The position numbers and the translations under genes are program-made. 64,000 nucleotides of DNA from Pecten maximus (lineage: Eukaryota), in assembly GCF_902652985.1 (NCBI RefSeq), contig NC_047016.1, forward strand, positions 11,160,001 through 11,224,000. The letters run 5' to 3'. The notes beneath the pieces were generated by a model, which saw only the letters and a program-made list of their open reading frames with translations, was not told the origin of the DNA and did not search any database. Below, piece by piece: positions 39,514-54,426 of this stretch (position 1 is the stretch's first letter; each line of letters begins with the position of its first letter).

Positions 39514-40292
39514 TTGCCCCGTCATGGTCTGGTTTAGTAGGTAGGTGACAGATCAGTGAGTTTAAGGTCCTCATTGGCGATACCATCTAAAACATATACA
39601 ATAAATTACAAAAACAAGGTTTTTATAACAGTATGCAAATAACGTTTATTGTTCCGTGTTTTACGAGAGATCAAGATTAACCTGTGTTTCAAATACATCA
39701 AAGTGTCCAGGGCTAAAAGGAGAAATTGCTCGATTTCCGACAACTTCTGTTCCACTGTCTATAATGTTATACTTGTGGGAAATAGGATACCATTATAAAT
39801 CATCTTGGGGGTAGAAACTACCGAGTAGCTGAGATGGATTTCAAAAACGGGACATCATAATTAAATTTACTAATACCCCGCTCCGCTAGTCCGCAACTAT
39901 TTCACCTGTGTTTTCATGACACTGTTATGAATGAAGTGACAGGTATGATATCAGGTATATGAAAACGAACGTCCTTTTCACTCGTAAAATATCCATAAAA
40001 ACTAATGTTATATGCAGTGTATCCACGCTTTTTATTTCAGTTTAAGAACTTTTTTTCTCCTGAAATGTGTTTCCTTACCATGACGACAAAGTATAAGAGG
40101 ATTCACTAAAGACTACTTGGTAACAAGTGCCTTGTAGTTTTTGGTTGATCCTGACTGTTCCTGTTGTTGACCTGTGCCAGTCATCCTGATTTTAATGGAA
40201 CCCCTTTTATGGTTACCCTCACTAGGTCTACTTGATGGCAATCATGACTTTGTTTCGTTTCGCCATCCTGAAAGGGCCACAATGACTGGTCT

Positions 40293-40684
40293 CTTTTATC
40301 GTCATCCTGACTTGCCCCCTTTTATCGCCATCATGACTTGCCCCCTTTTATCGTCATCATGACTTGCCCCCTTTTATCGTCATCCTGACTTGTCCCCTTT
40401 TATCGTCATCCTGACTTGCCCCCTTTTATCGTCATCATGACTTGCCCCCTTTTATCGTCATCCTGACTTGCCCCCTTTTATCGCCATCCTGACTGGCCCA
40501 TTTTGATCGCCATCCTGACTTGCCCATTTTGATCGCCATCCTGACTTGCCCATTTTGATCGCCATCCTGACTTGCCTTTTTTTTTTATCGTCATCATGAC
40601 GTACACCCTTTTTATCGTCATGATGACATGACGGACTGAACCACTTTTATAGTCATCCTGACCTGCCCCATTTATCGTCATCAT
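40293..40684. repeat. Minisatellite, ~26-bp unit, ~13 copies, degenerate ends
   Basis: TTTTATCGTCATCMTGACTTGCCCCC repeated. Confidence 0.92.
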
Positions 40685-41088
40685 GTAAACATTACTTATT
40701 AAAAGTTCACTTCACTTGTAGTATTTTGTCAACAAGTCACCAAAATAATAACTCTATTTGTACCATCATACGGATTTGATTTCTTCATTAAAATGCATCC
40801 CTCGAAAATATGCATTACATTTTTTGTCAACAGAAAATGTTTATCACGATAATCGAAATATATAGGTTGGGGAAAAGGGAGATGTAAATACAGCAAAAAT
40901 AAGTCTGCACCAAAAACAAACAGCTGTTTTGTCATTTTAGATCAAATCAGTGATGTTAGGGACATCATACATTTTAGATCTCATCGGCGTTGTTAGGGAC
41001 ATAATACAGCTGTTTGGTCATTTTAGGTATCTTCAGTGATGTTAGAGACCAAAAGGGTTGATGGTAGGAGCGACCAAAAACAAAGCTC

Positions 41089-41256
41089 AGAATACAGTAC
41101 AGCCATATTACCTTATATTACCTTACCTGAATACAGTACAGCCATATTACCTTATCTGAATACAGTACAGCCATATTACAATGTACCTTACCTGAATACA
41201 GTACAGCCATATTACCTTACCTGAATACAGTACAGCCATATTACCTTACCTGAATA
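41089..41256. repeat. Short minisatellite, ~29-bp unit, ~5 copies
   Basis: GAATACAGTACAGCCATATTACCTTACCT repeated; a degenerate triplication precedes it at ~40921-41050. Confidence 0.88.
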
Positions 41257-44200
41257 CGAAAACTTGTTCTAGTTTTGAGATCTATTCTTTACCAATTGAG
41301 TACAAAAAAGGCACCAAAATTCCCTGGCAAATAAATAATATCTTCTTGGTATATGGATGTAAACTTAATACCCCGACGAAGAAGTATTTTGATCAAATAC
41401 AGGTGGTGGTGGTACATTCCTAATGCGGCTATAACGTTTTACATTTTATGTGTTTCATCGCTTTGTTTACCAGTACCAGGCAGCTGGAATTGATGCCCCT
41501 GAACATTCCATAGTATCGATATTGTTGTAATTCAGGACAAAGCACCAATACATTATCTTTATATGAAATTGAATGATCGTACAAGAACATTACTTCATTC
41601 TAAGTTGCACATTGTGAACATTTGGCTTCGTGAAATGGTGAAAATGGAAAAAAGAGTATTTGCTTTAATTGGTGTTATGGACAATTGAACCTATGTTGGA
41701 TATTTTTTTCTCGCGCATTTATTGTACAAGTATATATACACACGTGTCGGATATTGCTGTCTATCGCAGGAGTCAATGAATATATCTATTTTAAGTTGGA
41801 TCACATATATATTGTGTTGGCGTTATTTCAGGACCAAAGAATATTTAGCGTGACTGATAGCTTCTATAAATAACAGAGCTAATAAAAATCACCATATATC
41901 TACATTGTTACACAATCAATCGTTATACATTCTATTTTTCAATTGAACTATTTTGTTTGGAAAAAAATAATGGCGTTTGAAATTTTTGTTTTGTTTTGTT
42001 TCTATTTTTTTTATTTTGTTTCTTTTTCTTTTTTTATTGATATTTTTAGTTTTATAGTTAATTACTTTGCTATGTATGTCTACCTTTAACAATTAATTCA
42101 ATTAATCGGCCAAGGTCCGCATGCTTATGAATGAGCGGAGTATCGTTTGCACGGAAGAACATCAAATACATGTTGTGTTTTGATGATTGCCATCTGATGC
42201 CGGATTAACAGGCCGAGGAGTTGTTAGTGTTATTATCTCGTGTAAACCTCTCCAGTTTCTACCCCTTACCCGACCTATTACGTTATTAGGTTTCGGCCCC
42301 TCACTGACCCTTCCTTTATCTTATCTTGATCTCGGGGACCTAATCTAATACGATATTCTATTCTTAACTGCACCTTCGCTAAACCATCTGTATTTACGGT
42401 CCTACAGATAGACATCTTGTAGGTTCTTTGGACAGAAATCACTATCTTATCTTCACCTCAAAGACTTGTTTTAAAGGTAGTTTTAACATTTCTGACTACT
42501 GATTTAGGTTGATATGATGATGGCCCTAACACTAGGTCGTTTGATCAGTGAAGATTCTCATCGATTCACATGATCATCTATTTAATTATCGTGTGTTTAA
42601 CAGGACTGTAAACAATACATGGGACATGCATCTAATAGGGTTGAAATAAGGGTGTGAACCTTTCAAACGGCGATTTATGGCCTTTAATATGACACCACAA
42701 TGCTTCCTTGTTTTGGCTGTGTCGCTTATGTCAATGTCGATATTCTGATGCAGCTCCTTATGTCATTGACAATATCGTATTTAGGCCTCAACAGTATCAA
42801 TGTCCCCATAAGGCACACATATTTACCGTCAACTATCTGTATTTGGCTTGTTTAAAACCATTTACATATGCTTTACAAGACATCTGTCAGATCCGTGACA
42901 CGTTATACCAGTATGCAACTGAATCGCCCGTTTTTTATCAAAGCTGTGTTTCTAACGTGATCTATACTTATTTGTACGATTAACCGTTTGTCTTTGCCCT
43001 TTGGTCGCTTAAAGAAAAATAAACATTGTATCAGTGTTATGTTAAGTAATGATGCACAACATTGCTTATATTTCAATGTACTCTTATGACGTTTCCGTGT
43101 TGGCTTTTATGTGAATGTGTTTGAGGTGCTCTATATAAAATGATCACATCTTTGATGGGCACAGGGACAATTTGAAATGCTATATGACCTTGCAAAAATA
43201 GTGAACACTTTGGCCCCGTTAAAGCTGTAGAAGACCTTGATCTTTCTTCAGAAATCGGTCTTTCTGCACTCCCAGTCCTGAGAGTGCATCTCTGAAAGAG
43301 TTTGTAAACAGATCGGAGTGTAAGTGGACCTAGCACGAATCCCACGAACCCCCTCGTACCAGGGTATTGGGCCGGCGTTTTGCTGATCATAGCAACTACC
43401 TCTTCTAGATGCTTCTACCTTGGGCCGTCTGTATCAGCCATTTTTATCCCAGTAGGGCGTTTGGGTTTACCTTGGGTGGTCTGATAATCATACCAAACGT
43501 CGCTCGTGAGGTATATGTCCTCTGTGGCTCTCGTGATGACATGCCATCATTCCTATGAACTTATCAACACCTCAGTGTGTCATGTCTGACACGAGATCTC
43601 CGCCCCACTTGGATCATTCATGTAATTCTCCATCTTTAAGAATAGACTGCATGTTTTTTCTCATTTGCGAAATAGATTTACTTAATTTCATACTGACGTA
43701 TCAACCGTAATAGCACTATCTATACGAGTATCTGTTATATCTCCTCCCTCTACCCGGGCTCTCCTATTTGCCCTACTCTTGACGCTGCTGTCATCTTTCG
43801 GTAGGGGGTATCCATCACAAACCAGGGTAGGTCTTACCGTGCACCTGCCTTGATGATATACCATATCTATATAATAGCCACCCGATACATTATCCGGCTA
43901 TTACTGCAGTACATCTTAACTAACGACGATGGAAAGGCAGTATGCTGCACTGATGTAACGTAGTAAGTACGATACAATTGTAGTTTAAGTATGCTTGAAT
44001 GAAGCATTATAAGCTTGAAAGTACAGAGAAGCAAATCTCATTTCTCATTTCCTTTTCGCTTTTATTTTAATGTCCATAGTTAAATATTTTAATTTTATTA
44101 TTGTTAAGTCACGTTATTGTCATTTTGAGTTTTTAAACGTGTGACTAGAAAAGTAACTATGGTGGGTGATGTTTACTTATCCACTCGATGTGACCGAGAG

Positions 44201-45625
44201 AACTATTATTACAATGTATATATCCTGGCCTTGTTATATAAAACGTTTGCGGACACAGTTGACCATGCTTCTGGTATGCCCGTGTGATGCAGCTGCACAT
44301 GTCCCGAAAGTTATTCCAAATATCTTATAATTATAAGCATACAACGACTGTGTGGGCAACTGTCGTTTGACCACAACGACTTTTTCTTGGGACCATGATA
44401 AACATGCATTGCAGTAGAAATTAGATAAAAAGAATGGTTTGTTGAGTATAGAGGTAAGTGATGATATGGAAATGTTGACTAGTGTCTCTATTCATGTATC
44501 ATGATTTTTTTGGTATACCACCTGATTCGCTGTACTTAAGTTGGTAGTTCATTTTTATCCATAACCTTGTACTAATTTTACAATGTTTAGAATAGTTTTT
44601 AAAACCTTAGCATAATCATACTGTATTCATATCAAATCATTTAAATCGAAATGGACCATTACTGTCTACATTATATTTGTCGAAGATTTGTCCACATGTT
44701 ATTGGGACAACATCACATCTAAATGTGTTACATTCCTTGCTTAGTATGGCTCCAACGTTGAACTTCGCCCTAGATAGTTCAGAACGTGAGTAATACTGGT
44801 GTAGTCTCGCTTATTATCACTGACATTGATGAGTAGGCTATTTATTGGTGTATTTCACACCTCGTCATCGGCACTGGGGGATTTTATAGTAGGCACCTGC
44901 CTCATCAAGGCGAAATTGTCGTACGTTAACGACTGTACCACGGGTATCTCTTTGTAGAATCACTAAAAGGCTGAAAATTATGTTAAAGTTTCAACAATGA
45001 TGGACTTGTCATTATGTTAACTGAGATTTCAGGTAAAATAAGCTTGTCACTCGAATTGCTTATCAGTGATCTTACTGTCACAGGGACGATTTATTCCGTG
45101 AATCAACATTGAATGATGCACATCCTCAAATATGGACAATTTATTCAAAAGCTTATTCAATGTCCGGCAGTAATCGTTTAGTAACAGAATCAGTAATATT
45201 GTGGTGAGTATTTTTATTTAGTTTAATTTTGCTATAATTTACAGTGTATTTGTTATTCTGTTAGATAATTTTACTGAACAACGCTGTACTAAACAATCTT
45301 TGTCATTAATTATATCCATGTAACATCAATGTTGAGTTTTGGAGAACATGTGATCAGGTCGTGACGTCAATCTGGTGGTTATTTAGAATTAGTCCGATAA
45401 CCATTGGGTATTATCTTGTTGTGGAGTTTCCTCCATTAATGAATATTTACCTATTCGTAGAATTTCCCTGTTTTCTTGGTTTGCCTCATTGCCGTTTTTG
45501 GGCAGTGTCCCTGAGTTTGCTTACTTTACCCTATTTGCGGATTTTCTTGTGTTTCTTGGTTTGCGTGCTTTTATTTACCTATCTGCAGAGTTTACCTGTG
45601 TTTCTCAGTTTGCATACTTTTATCT

Positions 45626-46632
45626 TTTTCCGGAGTTACCTTGTATTTCCCCAGTTTGAATACCTTTATTTATTTCCGGAGTTACCTTGTATTTCCCCAG
45701 TTTGAATACCTTTATTTATTTCCAGATTTAGCTTGTATTTCCCCAGTTTGAATACCTTTATTTATTTCCGGATTTAGCTTGTATTTCCCCAGTTTGAATA
45801 CCTTTATTTATTTCCGGAGTTACCTTGTATTTCCCCAGTTTGAATACCTTTATTTATTTCCAGATTTAGCTTGTATTTCCCCAGTTTGAATACCTTTATT
45901 TATTTCCGGATTTAGCTTGTATTTCCCCAGTTTGAATACCTTTATTTATTTCCGGAGTTACCTTGTATTTCCCCAGTTTGAATACCTTTATTTATTTCCG
46001 GAGTTACCTTGTATTTCCCCAGTTTGAATACCTTTATTTATTTCCGGGGTTACCTTGTATTTCTCCAGTTTGAATACCTTTATTTATTTCCGGATTTAGC
46101 TTGTATTTCCCAGTTTGAATACCTTTATTTATTTCCGGAGTTACCTTGTATTTCCCCAGTTAGAATACCTTTATTTATTTCCGGATTTAGCTTGTATTTC
46201 CCCAGTTAGAATACCTTTATTTATTTCCGGATTTAGCTTGTATTTCCCCAGTTTGAATACCTTTATTTATTTCCGGAGTTACCTTGTATTTCCCCAGTTA
46301 GAATACCTTTATTTATTTCCGGATTTAGCTTGTATTTCCCCAGTTTGAATACCTTTATTTATTTCCGGAGTTACCTTGTATTTCCCCAGTTAGAATACCT
46401 TTATTTATTTCCGGAGTTACCTTGTATTTCCCCAGTTTGAATACCTTTATTTATTTCCGGAGTTACCTTGTATTTCCCCAGTTTGTATACCTTTATTTAT
46501 TATAGGAGTTACCTTTATTGGTTTCCGGAGTTACCTTGTATTTCCCCAGTTTGTATACCTTTATTTATTATAGGAGTTACCTTTATTGGTTTCCGGAGTT
46601 ACCTTGTATTTCCTTAGTTTGTATACTTTTAT
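45626..46632. repeat. Minisatellite, 46-bp unit, ~21 copies
   Basis: Unit TTTCCGGAGTTACCTTGTATTTCCCCAGTTTGAATACCTTTATTTA with a GATTTAGC variant; decayed precursors from ~45420. Confidence 0.97.
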
Positions 46633-47426
46633 CGCATTGACTCATTTCAGGAGTTGGCTATGGTCTTGATTTGCGTTCATTTTTCCTTCTCGGTTGTTTC
46701 GAGTGATTACAATTTTCTTTTTTGTGAAGTACCCTTACGTGTTTCCTTGGTTTATCTTTACTTACAAAGACACCTTTTTGTTGTTGTAAGGAGCTTATTT
46801 ATTTCAAAATATATTTGAAATAGATGTTAATGAGAATGCGCCATAAATAGTCAATAGGGCAGGGTGTATATAATATAATACCGGGTACAGATATCATTTT
46901 GTTGGATAGAGTGAGATGTCGCTGATATTTCATACCATTTCAAAGAAAATGGTGTCCAGTAGACAATACGTGGGCTTTACTAGGTATCAGTACAATTGAA
47001 ACAATCTCTTCTGTAACACCTTTTTAAGTGTTTCATATTGTGTATATTATTTCTAAACAGTCCATCCTTCAGAAGACAACGCCTAGACGCGCTAATGGTT
47101 TACAGTTAGAAAATATCTGTAAATGTGATATCTTTGTATGTGCATAATTAGTTGTTCAACGCCGCATATTTTGTAACATTTATGAGGATTTTTTTTATTG
47201 TGAAGAATCCTGTAATACATATAACCCCATGATACACGATCGTAAACAATGCCAATTAGACCGGTGTACGACAGCGTGTGTCTTCATCATAACATCAACT
47301 CACATGGGGTACACATAGAACACTGTTACCTGGGTGATAGAAGCTAAATACATTTCTTTCTTCATTACTCTGTGTGTATTATGTATCATCTAATGAAACC
47401 GCTTATTTATCATTAAAACTATGAGG

Positions 47427-47742
47427 AATTAATTAAGCATTGATGTCAATTTGTGTTTAGTTTCATCGGGGTATGAACAGAATTTTGTTTACAAACTGTA
47501 AACCCCTATGAACCTAAAAATAATTGACATCAACGCTAATAATTAATTTTTGAAAATAATTTTCTAATTTAAAACATTCTTTATGTACAATTTTACTGAT
47601 TTTACATGGGATTCTTTTTCTCAAATCAATACACAACGTCAGTTGCCGTACTGTGACGTCACATTTTTTGCGCCATTCTCGGAAAAAGATCTCAACCAAT
47701 CAGAAAGCCGCATTCTGCGTACAAACAATGGAAAATTAATTA
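47427..47742. mobile_element. Partial foldback/MITE-like element: ~120-bp imperfect palindrome plus one arm
   Basis: AAGCATTGATGTCAATT...TTTAGTTTCATCGGGG pairs with CCCCTATGAACCTAAA...AATTGACATCAACGCT (47427-47546). The arm ends CCAATCAGAAAGCCGCATTC...GGAAAATTAATTA. Confidence 0.6.
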
Positions 47743-48066
47743 TTAGTTTATGATTAAAATATATACTTTTCTAGCAACTACCAAGTGTCCAAACTGTAGC
47801 TGTAACATCCTCCTAACCTTCTTTGCATATTTCTTACACACATGTCTTTACTGTGAATCTCTTTATCTTACACATATTTTTTAATAGAACATTATTGAGC
47901 TTTATAAACGATTTCCTCTGGAACACTCTTGATGACATGTACTCTCAATACTTTTTTTAACATTAACTTTATTGTGAAACTGTATATTTCCCTCATTGAA
48001 TTTTGTTTTCTTTGGACATCTATACATATATGTATATATACAAATAAGCGTAACCCACATAGATAG

Positions 48067-48250
48067 CTTACAACTCCGCTCTATGCTAAGCGTGATGATT
48101 TCAGTCTCAATTGTTAATTTTTCTCCATACTAACTATTATTAGGGAAACGCTGATTTCCCTAAGTTTGGTATTCAAAGATTTTGCAAAGAGCAAGTCGCC
48201 GATAAAGCAACAGACGCTTACCGTTTTGAAACGCCTGGTCTTCTCTACTT
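48067..48250 (+). mobile_element. Decayed Penelope-like retroelement fragment (frameshifted)
   Basis: Translates LTTPLYAKRDDFSL/(frameshift)IVNF at 48067-48121, resembling the LYDKRDDFxFxIVNFP motif I recall from the RT-adjacent region of Penelope-like elements. Followed by the terminal motif GACGCTTACC...GAAACGCCTGGTC. Confidence 0.6.
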
Positions 48251-50604
48251 GTTTGTCCATAGTGTACATTACTATTGTTTTAAGGGTTTTGAGTTAGAAT
48301 TAGTGTTCCGTTGTATTGTCAGTTTTCACACGTTATAAAGTGATATCTATAACACACTGTTAAGGTCTGTACATTCTGTAAGTTATATTTTGAAACTGTA
48401 CATAAACGTTTTTCAGAGTGGAATGATTTCTTTGAAATCCCTGAAGATACGTTTATATTTAGTGACTGATGCAATATTTCCCTTAGTTACAAAATACGTT
48501 CCTTACTTACAATCATGTTCTAAGATTATATTGATTCAAGGTAGTACAGGTATCTTATACCGAGAAACGTAATACAACATTGGTCCTCTGACAGTTCCTA
48601 CTTCGTGTAATATTACATCAATTTTGGCTCCTACTCTGGTTTCACGATGACTAATCGCAGTCCTGAAGTAGACAATAGCGGGTATGATAATAGGTACACC
48701 CACTAAGTTTGAGAGCTTGAGTGTAAGCGTTGTTCGATTACAGACCAGTTACTTCATATCGAATACGATGATCAGCCATAATGGTAATATGAATATTTAC
48801 CCACTTTTCGGTTACAATGTAAGAACATTATCTCGACATGAAATCAGAATCAGCTTATTTTTTATAATAATTATTTTCAGTGAACAATCTGTATTACACG
48901 ATTAAGCTGAAGGTCGAGCACGTGGTGCGTTATGTTTGATTGACAATAGTACATAAGATATCAGCTGAGATCGTTATCGCTTGACTTTACCTTTTAATTA
49001 TGTATGTATGTCAATACGGTTGTATTTGCAGACCACCCATTCATCGGCTGATATCAGTTCTGTACCAATCCTGCTTGTGATCGTTATCAGGCCTTTTTAT
49101 GCAAAATTCAAAGAATGTCACCAAAACATTGAGTTTTTTCCCACTATAACTTTTAATCAATGGCTGTACTTTCGAGTAATTTGAAGGCTTATTGACATGG
49201 GGAATCGGACAACTCCGAACGCCGATCGCAGTGATATGATATTGCGATTAATCTTTATATAACCATTACATACAAATAAGTTTAATTGTATGATTTAGCG
49301 TAAATAACTCTTGATGGAGTGATAACTAGTGCAACAGATCTAGGAATTGGCACCGTGGTGCATTTATAGTTTAATTTGAGATGTTTTAATCATCAACACT
49401 TAACTAATCACAACACCTGTCTTTGAAATGACAGAAGCACAGGTGTTTCTTGTCTTTGTCATACTAAGGTACCTTATAGTGTATACCTGCTGATCTAGAG
49501 GAGGGGTTGTAGAAAATTGTATATATATTCCTATGTTGATTTGGATGACTCCTCAGTCCAATTTTCTCAAGTCCAATAACAAGCCAATGGTTATTTCCAC
49601 AAGCATATCGAGTTGCTGAATTCTATATTCATGTGGTATAGGGGTTTAAAGATTCCTGTCACAAAGCTACATACCTTACACATTTTGCTATTGAAATTTA
49701 CAGCTTATTCACATAGGGGCGGTTCTGATTGTTTGATAAGTTTGCTCAAGCATTGTTTTCAGTTGTAAGATCTCATGTGGATATTTTCTTTCATGTTATC
49801 TTTCTTGGTATCTTAAATGCACCCATGCGCAGGTCAGGTGACCCGAGTGTCAGAATTCGAAAACAGTTGTGAAACCATCTGGTGTTTTCAAACTATGAAC
49901 TTGTTTGTGACTTGATTGGTTTGTCACAGTAGAGTTGCATTTGTTTTTAACATTGACTGAATAAATTAAAAAAAAGTTGGGTACGACAGACGTTTTTGAG
50001 TTCGATTTAGGTTCAATGTTTTGTTGCTTTGTTTGTAATCATATATATTCTATTAGGTATGAAAGTAAACGGAAATTGTAAGAAAGTTTAAAATAACATT
50101 TTTGTGGTTCTCACTTGTCAGTTTTACAATCAGATAAAGCAGAGGATTGCAAAATAGTGGTTAGACTCATACGTAAACGGTTTAGACTTTTATAGACATT
50201 CAAATCGACATTTAAAATCACTGATACTATCTCCTCAGGGGTAATTGCGTCGTGTACATGTGGACATAAAAGATGACTCTTGCTACTCTTGGGAAAATTC
50301 AATAGGAAGCCGAAAGTGAAATGTGCTGTAAAATTTTAATATCAAACGATAAAACCAGAGGGAATACACTATTATTGGTCGACATTTATTTATCATCGTC
50401 CTTTCGAGTGTATTGTGTAATTATCGCCACGGTGAAAATACCGCTCTAATTATCAATCTTTACGGGAGCACTTTATATCATTTAACCGAATCTTATTTAG
50501 TAAAATCGTCAAATAATCATAAATTGAAATGTTGTTTTATATTGTAGTATAGTTTCCAGCCAACAATAAAAAGTATTGTAGTACTATTTATGTTCTTAAA
50601 CGTG

Positions 50605-53372
50605 TAGTCGGTATTATGTAGTGTATATAAGAGGATTTGTATTCGGTTTTGTTTTGTGTATTAGAGGATGTGTACTCGGTATAATATATTGTGTATTAGA
50701 GGATGTGTACTCGGTATTATTTATTGTATATTAGAGAATGTGTACTCGGTATTATTTATTGTATATTAGAAGATGTGTACTCGGTATTATGTATTGTGTA
50801 TTAGAGGATGTGTACTCGGTATTATGTATTGTATATTAGAGGATGTGTACTCGGTATTATATATTGTATATTAGAGGATGTGTACTCGGTATTATATATT
50901 GTGTATTTAGAGGATGTGTACTCGGTATTATGTATTGTGTATTAGAGGATGTGTACTCGGTATTAGGTATTGTGTATTAGAGGATGTGTACTCGGTATTA
51001 TATATTGTGTATTAGAGGATGTGTACTCGGTATTATATATTGTGTATTAGAGGATGTGTACTCGGTATTATGTATGGTGTATTAGAGGATGTGTACTCGG
51101 TATTATATATTGTATATTAGAGGATGTGTACTCGGTATTAGGTATTGTGTATTAGAGGATGTGTACTCGGTATTATATATTGTGTATTAGAGGATGTGTA
51201 CTCGGTATTATATATTGTGTATTAGAGGATGTGTACTCGGTATAATGTGTTGTATATTAGAGGATGTATATTCGGTATTATGTATTGTGTATTAGAGGAT
51301 GTGTACTCGGTATTATGTATTGTGTATTAGAGGATGTATACTTGGTATTATATATTGTGTATTAGAGGATGTGTACTCGGTATTATATATTGTGTATTAG
51401 AGGATGTGTACTCGGTATTATATATTGTGTATTAGAGGATGTATACTCGGTATTATATATTGTGTATTAGAGGATGTGTACTCGGTATTATATATTGTGT
51501 ATTAGAGGATGTATACTCGGTATTATGTATGGTGTATTAGAGGATGTGTACTCGGTATTATATATTGTGTATTAGAGGATGTGTACTCGGTATTATATAG
51601 TGTGTATTAAAGGATGTGTACTCGGTATTATATATTGTGTATTAGAGGATGTGTACTCGGTATTATGTATTGTGTATTAGAGGATGTGTACTCGGTATTA
51701 TGTATTGTGTATTAGAGGATGTGTACTCGGTATTATGTATTGTGTATTAGAGGATGTGTACTCGGTATTATATATTGTGTATTAGAGGTGTGTACTCGGT
51801 ATTATGTATTAGAGGATGTGTACTCGGTATTATATATTGTGTATTAGAGGATGTGTACTCAGTATTATATATTGTATATTGGAGGATGTGTACTCGGTAT
51901 TATATATTGTGTATTAGAGGTGTGTAGTGGGTATTATATATTGTGTATTAGAGGATGTGTACTCGGTATTATATATGGTGTATTAGAGGATGTGTACTCG
52001 GTATTATGTATTGTATATTAGAGGATGTGTACTCGGTATTATATATTGTGTATTAGAGGATGTGTACTCGGTATTATATATTGTGTATTAAAGGATGTGT
52101 ACTCGGTATTATGTATTGTATATTAGAGGATGTGTACTCGGTGTTATGTATTGTGTATTAGAGGATGTGTACTCGGTATTATATATTGTGTATTAGAGGA
52201 TGTGTACTCGGTATTATATATTGTGTATTAGAGGATGTGTACTCGGTATTATATATTGTGTATTAGAGGATGTATACTCGGTATTATATATTGTGTATTA
52301 GAGGATGTGTACTCGGTATTATGTATTGTGTATTAGAGGATGTGTACTCGGTATGATATATAGTATATTAGAGGATGTGTACTCGGTATTATGTATTGTG
52401 TATTAGAGGATGTGTACTCGGTATTATGTATTGTGTATTAGAGGATGTGTACTCGGTATTATATATTGTGTATGAGAGGATGTGTACTCGGTATTATGTA
52501 TTGTGTATTAGAGAATGTGTACTCGGTATTATGTATTGTATATTAGAGGATGTGTATTGTGTATTATGTATTGTGTATTAGAGGATGTGTACTCGGTATT
52601 ATATATTGTGTATTAGAGGATGGTACTCGGTATTATATATTGTGTATTAGAGAATGTGTACTCGGTATTATGTATTGTGTATTAGAGGATGTGTATTGTG
52701 TATTATGTATTGTGTATTAGAGGATGTGTACTCGGTATTAGGTATTGTGTATTAGAGGATGGTACTCGGTATTATATATTGTGTATTAGAGAATGTGTAC
52801 TCGGTATTAGGTATTGTGTATTAGAGGATGTGTACTCGGTATTAGGTATTGTGTATTAGAGGATGTGTACTTGGTATTATATATTGTGTATTAGAGGATG
52901 TGTACTCGGTATTATATATTGTGTATTAGAGGATGTGTACTCGGTATTAGGTATTGTGTATTAGAGGATGTGTACTCGGTATTATGTATTGTGTATTAGA
53001 GGATGTGTACTCGGTATTATATATTGTGTATTAGAGGATGTGTACTCGGTATTATATATTGTGTATTTGAGGATGTGTACTCGGTATTATATATTGTGTA
53101 TTTGAGGATGTGTACTCGGTATTATGTATTGTGTATTAGAGGATGTGTACTTGGTATTATATATTGTGTATTAGAGGATGTGTACTCGGTATTAGGTATT
53201 GTGTATTAGAGGATGTGTACTCGGTATTATATATTGTGTATTAGAGGATGTGTACTCGGTGTTATTTATTGTAAATTAGAGGATGTGTACTCGGTATTAT
53301 ATATTGTGTATTAGAGGATGTGTACTCGGTATAATTTTGGTGTATTAGAGGATGTATACTCGGTATAATTTC
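50605..53372. repeat. Minisatellite, 35-bp unit, ~79 copies (largest array)
   Basis: Unit ATTAGAGGATGTGTACTCGGTATTATRTATTGTGT. Confidence 0.98.
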
Positions 53373-54410
53373 GATGTGTTAAGGAATATCTACTCAGAAT
53401 TCATGTTCATTTAGGGAATATGAATTTGGCGATGTTAATGGTTTATCGAGATTGATGTTTCCATGAGTGATCATTCAGACCATAGGTACTAGATACTGTT
53501 AATGGTTTACTATTGTAATCATTATATTCCCGTTTTGAAGAAAAATATCTGAAACATTTACATGACACGAAATTCCTTGATCATTACGGCAATGACGTCC
53601 GTCCCAGTTGTGAATTCTCTAGTTCAATGATGTTTGATTTTAATGAATATCACATTTAAAATCTGACCGAAATTATCGATGTCTTTAGGTCAATGTGTTT
53701 CTACTGATCGCAAGTACAAGTGACATTTCTATACTAATTATACCTTGTATAATTACTGGATGGCTTGCAGATAAACTCATGTTTGTTTTGGTTTTGGCGT
53801 TTGACGATACTTAGTATGAGATCCACTGTGTGTTGGTTTACCTGAATAAATATTAATTTCAGAAAAGGTAGTTCAGTGTAAGTTTTAGATTTTGCGTGAG
53901 GTTTCGGGTCTATACATATCTTATTTTCATACATGAATGATAATTAAAAGATTTGCTGGGGAGGATACCTACGCTCGACAGGGAAAAATAGCTCTAGCGA
54001 GTTCAGTCCGTCCTTATCTTCGTGTGACACTGGCTTAAACAAGACAAAACATTACAGTAGCTAATTTATTTCATATCGGCGCTACCCTGCTGTTGTTTAT
54101 TTACGGTGAAATTGAAAACGCCAACTTCAACGTTCTTCTCTTCAGTGTATAAATAAATACATACAAATCGGCCGACGGGATACATTTAACAATAGCTGCT
54201 TATCACGGCAATTTAATCGTGGCTATACGCTTGTGTGACAACGAAAGAGTCTTCCCCCGTCACACCTCCCAGGAACAGCAAAGTAATCTGGGTCGAAATT
54301 TCTGGCTTTTCAAATTAAATTACTCAAATGAAATAAAACTCGAACTAAATCTCTGACTGTGGGGACTTTTTATGTTAACATTTATGAACGTTTATCTTAG
54401 ACGAGTGACA

Positions 54411-54426
54411 CCTGTAGATGGCGCTG
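54411..54426 (+). promoter_or_regulatory. Candidate CTCF-binding motif
   Basis: CCTGTAGATGGCGCTG versus core consensus CCASYAGRKGGCRS (one mismatch). Motif match only. Confidence 0.35.

Noticed and set aside
43073-43390. 105-aa non-repeat ORF
   Set aside because: No recognisable motif; length is compatible with chance.
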